From IMG/VR virus record IMGVR_UViG_3300042564_001469, positions 4,618 through 68,617 of that record: a DNA stretch of 64,000 bases; one strand, written 5' to 3'. Under the pieces are notes generated by a model. It was not told the origin of the DNA, did not search any database, and saw only the letters and a list, made by a program, of their open reading frames with translations. This document shows, piece after piece, positions 49,005 to 58,553 of the stretch (position 1 is its first letter; each line of letters opens with the position of its first letter). This stretch comes from a virus. Taxonomy: Duplodnaviria; Caudoviricetes. A program made the position numbers and the translations under genes.

Positions 49005-50510
49005 TTATTTTATTTTTGACATTAAGTCTTTCATTCTCAAAAATTGAGGATTTTCATATGTTTTTGACTCAATTAAATTAACGGCAGATCCAGATGAAAC
49101 TGTTTTATTTACCGTTCTATCAATTGATTCATTAATTGAAGTACTCTCATTTATTGAACTAGATGATACTTCATCTTTAATAATTCTGTAAAGATTTTTT
49201 GATTCTTTTAAAGTTTCAACATTGTCAAATCTTCGTAAGATGTTTATCTTTTCTTGTTTTGTTGTTGAGTGTTCAGTAAACAATCTTGTTGCATACGCTA
49301 AATTTGAATTAAATACAGCAACTTCGTCTAATTTAGTTCTAAATAAGTGTAATGCTTTTCTGTATTCTTCATTTTTAGTACGTAACATCTCAACTTCTTC
49401 TTTGATTTGTTTTGGTGCGGCCATTAAACCACTCTTAACTTTTCTATCAATTGATTTTACAAATCTTGATGCTTCCTTTGCTTCAACTTTTTTTGGTTTA
49501 ACTTTAAATTCACCATCAAGGTTTTCACCATCTTTATATGTGAATTTCGCTTTACCAGTACCTTCGGCTTTTTCTTTTTTACCACCGAATGCTTCTTTTC
49601 TTTTTTCGCTGAAACCACCTTGAGTATTTGATTTAAAGTCAACTTTTTTTACTTTACCAACAAGACCTTTAGGTTTGAAGTTTTTAGTTTCTAACATAAA
49701 CTCGTCTTCTTCGCTATCCATTTCATCTTCTTCTTCTAACTCAAAATCCATTTCGTCTTCTTCTTCATCATCCATTTCAATTTCATAGATAGTTTCAAAA
49801 TCCATTTCTTCTTCATCTTCTTCATCTTCTTCTTCATTAAATTTTGAAAAATCAAAATCCATTTCATCTTCTTCCTCATCTTCGTCGTTAAATTTTGAAA
49901 AATCAAAATCTTTGTCCCAATTTTTATCGGCACCACTCAAGAAGTCTTCATCTTCCATTTCAGAAAGTTCATCATCGTGGAACATTTCTTCTAATTCGTC
50001 ATATTCTAACATATCTGTTACTTCTTCTTCTTCTTCTTCGTTTATTTTAATCATGTATTCATTGTCACCATCATTTAATGATATTATATTATCGTTTTTT
50101 GTAACAACAATACCATCACTATCACTCATAGCTTTAAATACTTTTAGAACTTCCGCGTCTGATGCACCAGTCATATCGATTGTTTCATCATCCATAGAAA
50201 ATTCGTCAACACCACTAGTCTCATCATCAAAACCAATCATTTCAACATCATCCATTTCTTCACCATCCATGTCAATATCTTCCATGTCTTCGTCATCCAT
50301 TTCAGTGTCATCAATCACTGTTTCTTCATCATCAACATCAAGTGTTTCTGGGTCTTCAATCTCGTCTTGTTCTTTAAGAGATTCTTTTACTAATGAACTG
50401 ATTTCTTCCTTCATCGTTGAAGCAAGTATTCCTTGTGCATTCTTATTGATCGCGTCTTCCACATTTTTAATTTGGATCAAAGCGTCTTCTACTGTCGATT
50501 TTTTATTCAT
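49005..50510 (-). CDS. prohead core scaffold protein (gp22-like)
   Basis: Very acidic, coiled-coil C-terminus; between protease and capsid genes. Confidence 0.7.
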   Translation of the reverse strand: MNKKSTVEDALIQIKNVEDAINKNAQGILASTMKEEISSLVKESLKEQDEIEDPETLDVDDEETVIDDTEMDDEDMEDIDMDGEEMDDVEMIGFDDETSGVDEFSMDDETIDMTGASDAEVLKVFKAMSDSDGIVVTKNDNIISLNDGDNEYMIKINEEEEEEVTDMLEYDELEEMFHDDELSEMEDEDFLSGADKNWDKDFDFSKFNDEDEEEDEMDFDFSKFNEEEDEEDEEEMDFETIYEIEMDDEEEDEMDFELEEEDEMDSEEDEFMLETKNFKPKGLVGKVKKVDFKSNTQGGFSEKRKEAFGGKKEKAEGTGKAKFTYKDGENLDGEFKVKPKKVEAKEASRFVKSIDRKVKSGLMAAPKQIKEEVEMLRTKNEEYRKALHLFRTKLDEVAVFNSNLAYATRLFTEHSTTKQEKINILRRFDNVETLKESKNLYRIIKDEVSSSSINESTSINESIDRTVNKTVSSGSAVNLIESKTYENPQFLRMKDLMSKIK

Positions 50511-50570
50511 TTATCGTTTTATATTTGTTTATAAATATGTTATGTTTTGAAAAAAATCGTTTTTACACAT

Positions 50571-50605
50571 AAAAAAAGGAGAATATTATAAAATACTCTC
50601 CTTTT
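50571..50605 (-). terminator. intrinsic terminator
   Basis: aaaaaggaga.tat...ata.tctccttttt inverted repeat. Confidence 0.7.
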
Positions 50606-50627
50606 TAATCATTTTTTGATAAATTCG

Positions 50628-50843
50628 TTATTCAATAACTTCATCAATCTTACTTTCTGTTATCGCAGTAATGCGCCAATCAAATGAATATGTTTCATAG
50701 ATTTTTGTAATTTTAGCCTCAACATCGGTTGGTGAATACGCCAAGACCAATTTTTCCTCTTTAACTTTTTTTACTCTACCAGATTCGTTATCAACAGAAT
50801 CAGACGCGATTTTCGCCACAAAATATTTTTCTCCTTGTTCCAT
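50628..50843 (-). CDS. small hypothetical protein (DUF4494-like)
   Basis: GRVKKVKEEKLVLAYSPTDVEAK...ITESKIDEV. Confidence 0.6.
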   Translation of the reverse strand: MEQGEKYFVAKIASDSVDNESGRVKKVKEEKLVLAYSPTDVEAKITKIYETYSFDWRITAITESKIDEVIE

Positions 50844-50882
50844 AATTAATTATTTTTTTTTATAATAATAAATTAAATATTT

Positions 50883-51608
50883 TTATTTATCAAGGAACGA
50901 AGACAATCTATTCATTAAATTTTTTGTTTTATCCAAACTATTTGACTCCATACCAGATAAACGAACATCTTTCATCTTATTTTCTTCATCTAAACTTTCT
51001 TCAAATTTATGACGATCCTCTTTATTTAAAAATAAATAAGCACCAGGTGTTGATGGTGATGAAACCAAGTCAAAACAAATTAATTCAAAATCGTCTTGAA
51101 CTTCATTTTGTTCGCCAACTTTTTTTAAGGATCCGACACCACGAGATGAAATACCCAAAGTAACACCTTGTCTTAAATAATTGGCCGCCATATCACCTTT
51201 TGTTGAAACAATACCTCTCTCGTGAAAACCAGGACTTGTTAATAATTTTAATTTTCCAATTAATACAGGCCCATCCCACCAAATTTCAGTAATCATATGT
51301 GAAACTCTATCAAGATCTATTAATGATGATTCTGGGTGATTTAGTTCTGATAACGCAATACCCTTCTCAATCATTTTTTTATAATTGTCGGCTTCACGTT
51401 TTAATATTTTTTCGGGGTATATACGACCATTTCTATTTGGTGTGTTATATTTCTGTAGTACGGCGTAAAATTCAAAAGGTTTTGAATGATCTAAAGTGTT
51501 TGTAGATTCCATTATAAATCTATTGTTTTCACTTTTTGGGTTTATATAACCAGCGTCATACTCAACAAGAATTCCCTTCCCTATTTCATTTGGTCCTAAT
51601 ATCTTCAT
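50883..51608 (-). CDS. gp21: prohead maturation protease (gp21 family)
   Basis: NRNGRIYP, ELNHP, VSH, GISSRGVGS, FDLVSSPSTPGA. Confidence 0.92.
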   Translation of the reverse strand: MKILGPNEIGKGILVEYDAGYINPKSENNRFIMESTNTLDHSKPFEFYAVLQKYNTPNRNGRIYPEKILKREADNYKKMIEKGIALSELNHPESSLIDLDRVSHMITEIWWDGPVLIGKLKLLTSPGFHERGIVSTKGDMAANYLRQGVTLGISSRGVGSLKKVGEQNEVQDDFELICFDLVSSPSTPGAYLFLNKEDRHKFEESLDEENKMKDVRLSGMESNSLDKTKNLMNRLSSFLDK

Positions 51609-51629
51609 TTTAAATTTTTTATATAAATA

Positions 51630-52097
51630 TCAAGATAATTCGGTTTTTACTTTTGTTGGTTTAATATTTCCGTTTTTGGTTAAGTAACATTTAAAATACT
51701 GATTGTCTGTTAATACTTCACCGTAAACATCTTTAACGAATTTTTTTATTATTTTTTTTAGTTTTGGTGATTTAAAATCAATAGGATCGTTGACAAATAA
51801 TGTTGTTTCTAAATTTAAAAAAGATTTCTTTTTCAGTTGTATACCACTCATTCTTAAATCTAAATCCACGATAAATTTTTCATCAAATATTGTTTTATCA
51901 ATATTATTATATACCGAGTGTTTAAATGACCGATTCATATTTAACACAATACGATTCCAGTTCTCACTGTCTATTTTGGGTTCAACCCAAGTTTGTAAAT
52001 TGATGTAAATTGTTTTTAACTCTTTGGAATCTACAGTACCGAATTGTACCTTACAACTCCTAAAACCTGTTAATTTTACGTTTTTACCTTTTTTCAT
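51630..52097 (-). CDS. hypothetical protein
   Basis: Full ORF in the head cluster. Confidence 0.7.
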   Translation of the reverse strand: MKKGKNVKLTGFRSCKVQFGTVDSKELKTIYINLQTWVEPKIDSENWNRIVLNMNRSFKHSVYNNIDKTIFDEKFIVDLDLRMSGIQLKKKSFLNLETTLFVNDPIDFKSPKLKKIIKKFVKDVYGEVLTDNQYFKCYLTKNGNIKPTKVKTELS

Positions 52098-52195
52098 AAA
52101 TGTTCTTCATACTAATTGTTTATTTTACTTAATTTTACATAATTTTTAACTATATATCAAATAAAATAAGAATATGTTGATCATTAATGTTAAGT

Positions 52196-52295
52196 GATGT
52201 GACTCCCCTTAAATTGTAGACCTCATCCAACACGGTAGTTCAAATACCAGTCATTTAGTGGTGTGATTCCCCTTAAATTATAGGTCTCATCTAAC
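52196..52295 (-). repeat. two imperfect 36-nt direct repeats separated by 28 nt
   Basis: Minus strand GTTAGATGAGACCTATAATTTAAGGGGAATCACACC (52260-52295) and GTTGGATGAGGTCTACAATTTAAGGGGAGTCACATC (52196-52231), 30/36 identical. Confidence 0.8.
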
Positions 52296-52669
52296 CAAAT
52301 CTCTGTAAGTTCCTTAATTTCAGTAAGTTTAAGTCCAAATTTATTTTCTAAAACTGACCAAATATCATCATAATTAATAAAAACGTAGTCATTTTTTCTA
52401 TCGTAAATCATTAAATTATGACCTTTTTTATAACGATATAACATAAAGGAAGGGTTTTCTTCACTCTGAACAACATCCAAATCATTAAATAAGTTTAAGA
52501 AATCCATCGGTTCTTTAATACCAAAAATTTTAAATAAATTATCCAAGGATCTAACAACTCTTACGGTTGATTCAAAATCAACCTTTTTGATTAAACCCTT
52601 TAATTTTTCTTTTAAAGAAATATTTTCTTTAATTAACTTGTATTGATTTTCGGTTATTATTATTTTCAT
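52223..52669 (-). CDS. hypothetical protein (MKIIITENQ N-terminus)
   Basis: ORF whose 3' end runs through the repeat pair. Confidence 0.7.
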   Translation of the reverse strand: MKIIITENQYKLIKENISLKEKLKGLIKKVDFESTVRVVRSLDNLFKIFGIKEPMDFLNLFNDLDVVQSEENPSFMLYRYKKGHNLMIYDRKNDYVFINYDDIWSVLENKFGLKLTEIKELTEIWLDETYNLRGITPLNDWYLNYRVG

Positions 52670-52672
52670 AAA

Positions 52673-53389
52673 TTATAAATCTTTATCTAATTCTCGTAGT
52701 TTTAGATATGTTATTTTATCAAAATTTTCTGATTGTATTTTTTCTGTCGTCTCAACAATCTTAGTGATAATTTCCGAATCTGTCTCATTAACCTTTAATT
52801 CTGTTAATTTTTCAAGAACATTTTCTTTTAAAATTTCATATTTTAATTGTAACTTATCATCAGATTCTTTTAGAATATTTTTAACTTTTAATTGGTCAGA
52901 TTCACTTAATGTTTTTAAATAATCACCAATTGTTTTATTAGCAATATTAACCAAATCGTTTAATTCTACACTTTCTGATACAACCAACTCTTTTGGTAAT
53001 TGTTGTAATGTCTCAACGATACTATGTTTAGATTTAATTTTTTCTTCTAAAAGTGTGATATTATCTGAAAATAGATTATCAATATCTGAATAATTATTAG
53101 TTACTACAACTGGTTTTAACCACTCGTTCAATTCTAACCAATTTTGTTTTGTAATATTATTTATTGTGTTACTATAAATAATAAGACTTTCATTAATAAA
53201 GTTTTCGGCAAGTTGTTTATCTAACCCTTTATTTTGTGACAACTCGTCATATAAATAATAAAGTTTCTTTACATTTTTATCTTTAAGGACTAACTCCTCA
53301 AAAACAAAAAGTTGATCTTTAAATTTATTATTTGAATAACTTTCAACAAATAATTTTTCAATTTTACTTTTAATTATACCGAATTTCAT
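52673..53389 (-). CDS. hypothetical helical protein, probably head-associated
   Basis: Start at 53389 (MKFGIIK), 15 nt from TATTTATA; directly downstream of portal. Confidence 0.65.
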   Translation of the reverse strand: MKFGIIKSKIEKLFVESYSNNKFKDQLFVFEELVLKDKNVKKLYYLYDELSQNKGLDKQLAENFINESLIIYSNTINNITKQNWLELNEWLKPVVVTNNYSDIDNLFSDNITLLEEKIKSKHSIVETLQQLPKELVVSESVELNDLVNIANKTIGDYLKTLSESDQLKVKNILKESDDKLQLKYEILKENVLEKLTELKVNETDSEIITKIVETTEKIQSENFDKITYLKLRELDKDL

Positions 53390-53412
53390 TTTAAATAGTT
53401 TTAATATAAATA

Positions 53413-55233
53413 TCAACCATTTAGTAATTTGTCCAATTCTTTTTCAATTAATCCTAATGAATTACGTCCTTTAGATAAATCAATGAAATCATCCTCTTCT
53501 AAATTACTACTTTCAACTAATATATCATAATTTGATTTCTCAACACTATCCATCAAAGGTGCCTCACCCCCACTTGGTGGCGGTGGTGGCATTTCACCCA
53601 TTCCTCCTTCTGCTGGTGGCGGTGGTGGCGGCGCTCCTCCTTCTGCTGGTGGAGTTGTTGTATCACCCGTTGTTGTTTTGTATAATTTATCAACATTATC
53701 AAACATACCTGTATGTGTAATAATTGTTGGTGTATTCGTTAATTCAGCAGCAACAGCACGTTCTAATCTAATTTGTTGGATTTCAAGTTTAATATCTTCA
53801 TCAGAAAATCCAAAGATGTGTTTTTTAGCCCAAGTTGCTGAGGTTGGTTGTAATGTGTTTGGTATTTCAGTAACTAAATCTTTATATAGTAAAACTTTTT
53901 CTTTCCATACTGACACCATTAATAAATCCGCTTGTTTTGATGGGTTTGTTAATCCTAATGTGAAGTTATTTAACTCGTCTTCAAATCCTAGTATAAATAA
54001 ATGGATAATTGCAATTTTATTTAATTCGGCAATCATACTTTTTTGGATTTTATTGATTGTTCTAGCAAATCTAATATCCATTAAAGATAAGTTATCACCA
54101 CTACCAACAGGTTCTTCAAAACCTAAAAATGCTTTTGGTATTCTTAGTGCTGTAAGTAATTTCTTTTGTATATACTCAATATCCGCGATTTCTGATAGGT
54201 TTTGAGCACCAGGTAAGGTTTCAATCGGCATGGTTTGTCCTGGATCTCGTACTGGAATAAAATAATCTTGATCAACCGCCATTTGATTGTATCTCATATC
54301 AACATTACCGGTTTTACTATCAACAACTTGGTCTCGTTTGAATTTATTCGCAACACGTTGTACGTAAGGTTCAACGTCCTTATCGTCCATATTTCCAACA
54401 AATACTTTAAATACTCTTCGTTCTGGTGCTCGTGACGTTCTGTAAATTAACATCGCGTCTTCCGCTAATACTAACTGTTTCCAAACACGACGTGCTTTCT
54501 CTAACATTGATGTACCATAAGGTAATTTTCTATCATCACCAAGTAGTCTAAAATGTGCCATTTCCCACGTATTAAACTCCATATCTTTGGTTTTCCAGAC
54601 AAACCTTAACCCTTTACTGTTTACATCGGATGGGGTGGGGGAACTAACAACAGCGTTCATTGTTCTTACCGACATTCCTCTCTCTAATCGTTCAATCTCA
54701 ATATTAGGTAGTTGTAAACAACCAGTAATCCCTTTTTCTTCGTCTAATTTTAGGTATACGAAATTATCGCCATACTTGCATGTGTTTCTAATCCACATTG
54801 GTAGATTGATATTAATGTCTAAAATGTTATTAAATAAATCGGCCAAAATTGATTTAATTCTTTTTGATTCAGAATATATCTGTAACACATAACCATCTTG
54901 ATTTGGTGTTGTTGATTCTTCTGAATAAATGTCTAATGCTGTTGATATTTCCGGAGTAAATTCCATCGATTCGTAATCATAAAAAGCGGCAATTCTATTT
55001 GGTTCATAATATATCGCTTGGGCGTATAAGTTGTTTTCTATTTTTTGCCATTGATTACTTAAAAATAAACTTTGTTGATATTCTAATTTTTCTTTATCGT
55101 ATTGTGCTTTATCTGTTGTTTTTAATAAAACATTTTTATCCAATGTCACTGACGCTTGATCCATACCCAAAAGAGAGTTTGGTCCAAATGTTTTGGACAA
55201 TTTTTGCCATATCGTTAGATTTTGTTTTTCCAT
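53413..55233 (-). CDS. gp20: portal protein (gp20 family)
   Basis: PEISTALDIYSEE, YGTSMLEKARR, EDAMLIYRTSRAPERRVF, DYFIP, IETLPG, ALRIPKAFL. Confidence 0.93.
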   Translation of the reverse strand: MEKQNLTIWQKLSKTFGPNSLLGMDQASVTLDKNVLLKTTDKAQYDKEKLEYQQSLFLSNQWQKIENNLYAQAIYYEPNRIAAFYDYESMEFTPEISTALDIYSEESTTPNQDGYVLQIYSESKRIKSILADLFNNILDININLPMWIRNTCKYGDNFVYLKLDEEKGITGCLQLPNIEIERLERGMSVRTMNAVVSSPTPSDVNSKGLRFVWKTKDMEFNTWEMAHFRLLGDDRKLPYGTSMLEKARRVWKQLVLAEDAMLIYRTSRAPERRVFKVFVGNMDDKDVEPYVQRVANKFKRDQVVDSKTGNVDMRYNQMAVDQDYFIPVRDPGQTMPIETLPGAQNLSEIADIEYIQKKLLTALRIPKAFLGFEEPVGSGDNLSLMDIRFARTINKIQKSMIAELNKIAIIHLFILGFEDELNNFTLGLTNPSKQADLLMVSVWKEKVLLYKDLVTEIPNTLQPTSATWAKKHIFGFSDEDIKLEIQQIRLERAVAAELTNTPTIITHTGMFDNVDKLYKTTTGDTTTPPAEGGAPPPPPPAEGGMGEMPPPPPSGGEAPLMDSVEKSNYDILVESSNLEEDDFIDLSKGRNSLGLIEKELDKLLNG

Positions 55234-55288
55234 ATTATAAGTTTAATAATAGTTTTTTATTAATAAATATTTGAAACATTGGAATAAA

Positions 55289-55324
55289 TAAAAACCGAAG
55301 GATTATTCACATCTTTCGGTTTTT
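55289..55324 (-). terminator. hairpin downstream of the DUF1566 gene
   Basis: aaaaaccgaagga...tctttcggttttt inverted repeat. Confidence 0.65.
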
Positions 55325-55362
55325 GTTGTTTTATAGTTAAATTTAATGTTTTATGGTTAAAA

Positions 55363-56376
55363 TTATATACTAAATTTTCTTACTGCACGAACATAGAAGC
55401 CGGAGTTCTTAACGCCGATGCTGGTAACCCCAATGTCGAAGGTGAAGTACCACGCGCGGTTGCTGACGAGCTCCGTACTACTCCAATAAATATTAGTAGA
55501 AACTATAGTAGCACCAACAATAGGTCCTAAACTAGAATTACCAGACAAAGTTCTATTTACATTAAATCTATTTTGCCAAAGTAAACTTAATTCATCAATA
55601 GCTGGTAGATACCAGTCTGTTTGTCCACCATTACTACTTGCATCACACAAAAACGCAGCTCCTGTAGTAGCACCTGACTGTGTTATTATGGCAGTTGTAT
55701 TAGAAGAGCCATCCCATGTAGTTCCAGCAGTTGACCCAATTACTACATTATCTATGTTTGACCAAACAGATGACGTTGATATATTAGTTATATCAACTAC
55801 TAAATAATTTTCATTTGCACCATCTTTATATCTATGAAATATTACACCACCTTGTGATGCAACATATTGACCAATTTGATATGTAAACCCACCAGTTGTT
55901 CCAGTTACAACCTCACCACTTGAATCCAATCCCAAGTTAATAACTGGTGAACCTGAACCAATTGTATCCAAATTCAATGTACCCCCACTTATTGCGAAAT
56001 CACCCTGGAATGTTCTTGTCCCACCAGTTGTTTCAGCAACGATTTCCTTTAATTCAATTTTATTTGTATCTAAATTTAATGTGATTGTTTGTTCATCAGT
56101 TTCAGCAAGTCCCGCAATTTCATTATTTAAATCTTCGGTTAATCCACTAACTTCAAAATTACTACCAGTATTATAATCAAAAATAATTGTTCCACCAGTA
56201 AAATATGTTCCACCAGTTACGTAAGTATCAGTAACACCAGAGTTAACATAATTTTTTATCTGGTCTATTGTTATTTTATTGGTGTCATCAGTACTAATAT
56301 TAACAATCGGTAACACATCATTAGCGGTTATCGCACTAAATTGTATTTGTGTTAAATCGGTTATTCTTTTGTCCAT
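55363..56376 (-). CDS. fibre/adhesin-like protein with C-terminal DUF1566 (C-type lectin fold) domain; probable DGR target
   Basis: KRITDL N-terminus; GGVIF, DWYLPAIDEL, YWSSTE...AW...VRAVRKF. Confidence 0.78.
   Translation of the reverse strand: MDKRITDLTQIQFSAITANDVLPIVNISTDDTNKITIDQIKNYVNSGVTDTYVTGGTYFTGGTIIFDYNTGSNFEVSGLTEDLNNEIAGLAETDEQTITLNLDTNKIELKEIVAETTGGTRTFQGDFAISGGTLNLDTIGSGSPVINLGLDSSGEVVTGTTGGFTYQIGQYVASQGGVIFHRYKDGANENYLVVDITNISTSSVWSNIDNVVIGSTAGTTWDGSSNTTAIITQSGATTGAAFLCDASSNGGQTDWYLPAIDELSLLWQNRFNVNRTLSGNSSLGPIVGATIVSTNIYWSSTELVSNRAWYFTFDIGVTSIGVKNSGFYVRAVRKFSI
55378..55490 (-). other. candidate DGR variable repeat (VR)
   Basis: 49/90 G+C at 55391-55480; 18 of 25 codons between STE and YVR end in C. 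Confidence 0.62.
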
Positions 56377-56413
56377 TATTGTTAGTTTTATATATAAATA
56401 GTCTAATTAGTTT

Positions 56414-56692
56414 TTAAAGACAAAAAACTAAATTATCACCATTTTGTGTTATTAAATTTCCATATTGTTGTGTTACAAGGTTACAAGAAATTGTTGTCGT
56501 TGTTGTAGTTGTTGGCGATATTGTGGTTGTTGTTGTTGTTACAAATTCATTACCCTCAACAAAGAAATCTGTTTTAGATTGTTTTCTTAAATCAGGTGTG
56601 TATTTTATAACGGTAAAAATTGGTTGACCATCAACTATTAATCGTGAACCACCAATTGTTCTACCTGACTTTTTTCTTCTATTTAAACCCAT
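56414..56692 (-). CDS. small Thr-rich protein
   Basis: TTTTTTISPTTTTTTTIS; LVTQ/LITQNGD tail. Confidence 0.65.
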   Translation of the reverse strand: MGLNRRKKSGRTIGGSRLIVDGQPIFTVIKYTPDLRKQSKTDFFVEGNEFVTTTTTTISPTTTTTTTISCNLVTQQYGNLITQNGDNLVFCL

Positions 56693-56703
56693 ACCTATAA
56701 ATA

Positions 56704-58476
56704 TTAACGTTTACCAAATAACCAACTATATTCAATATAATCATTTCTTGTTGGGTTATTATGTGTTCCACCAAACCTATCATTCATAACATTTGTATTT
56801 GGTATTGCAGGATCAAAGTGAATTTGTTTAGATATATTATTATTATCGGCAACAGTCCAAGACTCAATCATTATTTTTGTTTTTTCTGTTACTTTTTCTA
56901 GTTTTTGGAATGCGGATTCACCAACGTAAATTGCCATTGATATACCCATTATAAGGTCATCGTGTTGTCCTTTTTGATGATCTGGTCTACCATTCACATA
57001 GACAAACGTATTCATTTCATTGTATAGACGTACACTTTTTATTTTAAACTTATGTCTAACATATTCTTCAAACGCCGCAATAATTTGAACTCGTTTATTA
57101 TTAAAATTAATACCAGGAATTTTATCAACACTAGTTTTATTGACAGCCCAAATATTCATTGAATCAACACCTTCAATATAAAACCCACTATAACCCAATT
57201 CTTGCATTTTCCTTACCGTAGTAATACCCATACCACCAGTAATATCTACAACACAAAACGCATTATATATTATTCCCCACTTATATGCGATTTCAGCTAA
57301 AGCGTCTGGGGGTATTTTTCCGACATATTCTAAAACTTGTTCTCGTTCATCAAAATCTACAATTTGAATAGATGAGAAATCCTCACTATCACCTCTACTA
57401 ACGTCTATACCAATAATATACTTATGTCCTGGTACTGGATCTTTCCAAATCCATAAAGCATTACCCATTAATTTAGTTGGTGCGTCTTCAAGTGTGTTTG
57501 TTTTTATATAGTCCAATTGTTTTGAATCAAATACGTTATCACCGGATCCTAAAAACTCACAATTTAACTCTTGGTTAATTTTTCGTTTATCATATTTTAA
57601 TTTTTTAACCATTTTTTCATACCAAGATGAACAAGGTTTGTAACCCTCTTTGAATAGTTCCTTAATCTTATCATAATCTCTATTGTACGGATTTAAATCT
57701 TCAAAAGATATATTCTTTGTTTGATCTCTTTCTTCTTTATTTAATAAAAAATCAACAAGATCGTCTGTTGGTACCAAATATAAATCTTTTGAGTATCTTG
57801 GATCTTTCCACCAAAACATCTCAGAGATTTTAAAATTATTCATCCCTTTTGTTGCTTGGTTATATATTTCATAATAAATTGCATCATAACCATTTGGTGT
57901 TGATACAACAATAACCTTACCACCTGTTGATAAGGATGCCATACATGCTGCCCAGAAATCACCATCCGCCTCAATAAAGGCAGCCTCATCAAATACAAGT
58001 ATTGTTGGTGTATAACCCCTTAACGCATCTCGTGATGTTGCAACGGCTTTAACCTCACAACCATTTGTTAGTTTATAGTGTCGTTGTGAATTCTTATCCG
58101 CGGAAAATCCAGTACCAACCCAATTCGGCCATTGATCAACAAAACCTCTAATTTTATTTGCCATCTCCATTGATGTATCAAGTTTGTTGGCGATAATTAG
58201 GATTTTTTCTGGACGTTCTTTTTTTGCGAAAACTAATCTTTTTGACATCCATGCTGCTGTCACAGTAGAAACTCCAGCCTGACGATATTTTAATGCAATA
58301 TTTTCTTCGTAATTTTCATAATCATCTAGTAATGAAATTTGATCTGGAAATAGTTCTAATGGTACATATTTTGAAACGGTATTATCGTATGTTTGTAAAT
58401 ATGTCCTTAATGCGTATGGTGTATCTTTCATACACTTAACATACTCTAACATTAATTGTTCTTTTGTTAATCCCAT
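56704..58476 (-). CDS. gp17: terminase large subunit (gp17 family)
   Basis: KYRQAGVST (Walker A), LVFDEAAF (Walker B), VSTPNG, QELNCEF, IGIDVSRG, HDDLIM. Confidence 0.93.
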   Translation of the reverse strand: MGLTKEQLMLEYVKCMKDTPYALRTYLQTYDNTVSKYVPLELFPDQISLLDDYENYEENIALKYRQAGVSTVTAAWMSKRLVFAKKERPEKILIIANKLDTSMEMANKIRGFVDQWPNWVGTGFSADKNSQRHYKLTNGCEVKAVATSRDALRGYTPTILVFDEAAFIEADGDFWAACMASLSTGGKVIVVSTPNGYDAIYYEIYNQATKGMNNFKISEMFWWKDPRYSKDLYLVPTDDLVDFLLNKEERDQTKNISFEDLNPYNRDYDKIKELFKEGYKPCSSWYEKMVKKLKYDKRKINQELNCEFLGSGDNVFDSKQLDYIKTNTLEDAPTKLMGNALWIWKDPVPGHKYIIGIDVSRGDSEDFSSIQIVDFDEREQVLEYVGKIPPDALAEIAYKWGIIYNAFCVVDITGGMGITTVRKMQELGYSGFYIEGVDSMNIWAVNKTSVDKIPGINFNNKRVQIIAAFEEYVRHKFKIKSVRLYNEMNTFVYVNGRPDHQKGQHDDLIMGISMAIYVGESAFQKLEKVTEKTKIMIESWTVADNNNISKQIHFDPAIPNTNVMNDRFGGTHNNPTRNDYIEYSWLFGKR

Positions 58477-58498
58477 AAAGATTTTTTATATAAATATC

Positions 58499-58533
58499 AA
58501 AACCCCCAGTTATTTTCATAAAAGGGGGTTTTT
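58499..58533 (-). terminator. intrinsic terminator
   Basis: aaaaccccc...gggggttttt inverted repeat. Confidence 0.7.
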
Positions 58534-58553
58534 AACTATTTTTTAATAAACTC

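Noticed and set aside
49740-49915. DFDFSKFN duplication and acidic repeats in the scaffold gene
   Set aside because: Ordinary low-complexity expansion in an acidic scaffold protein
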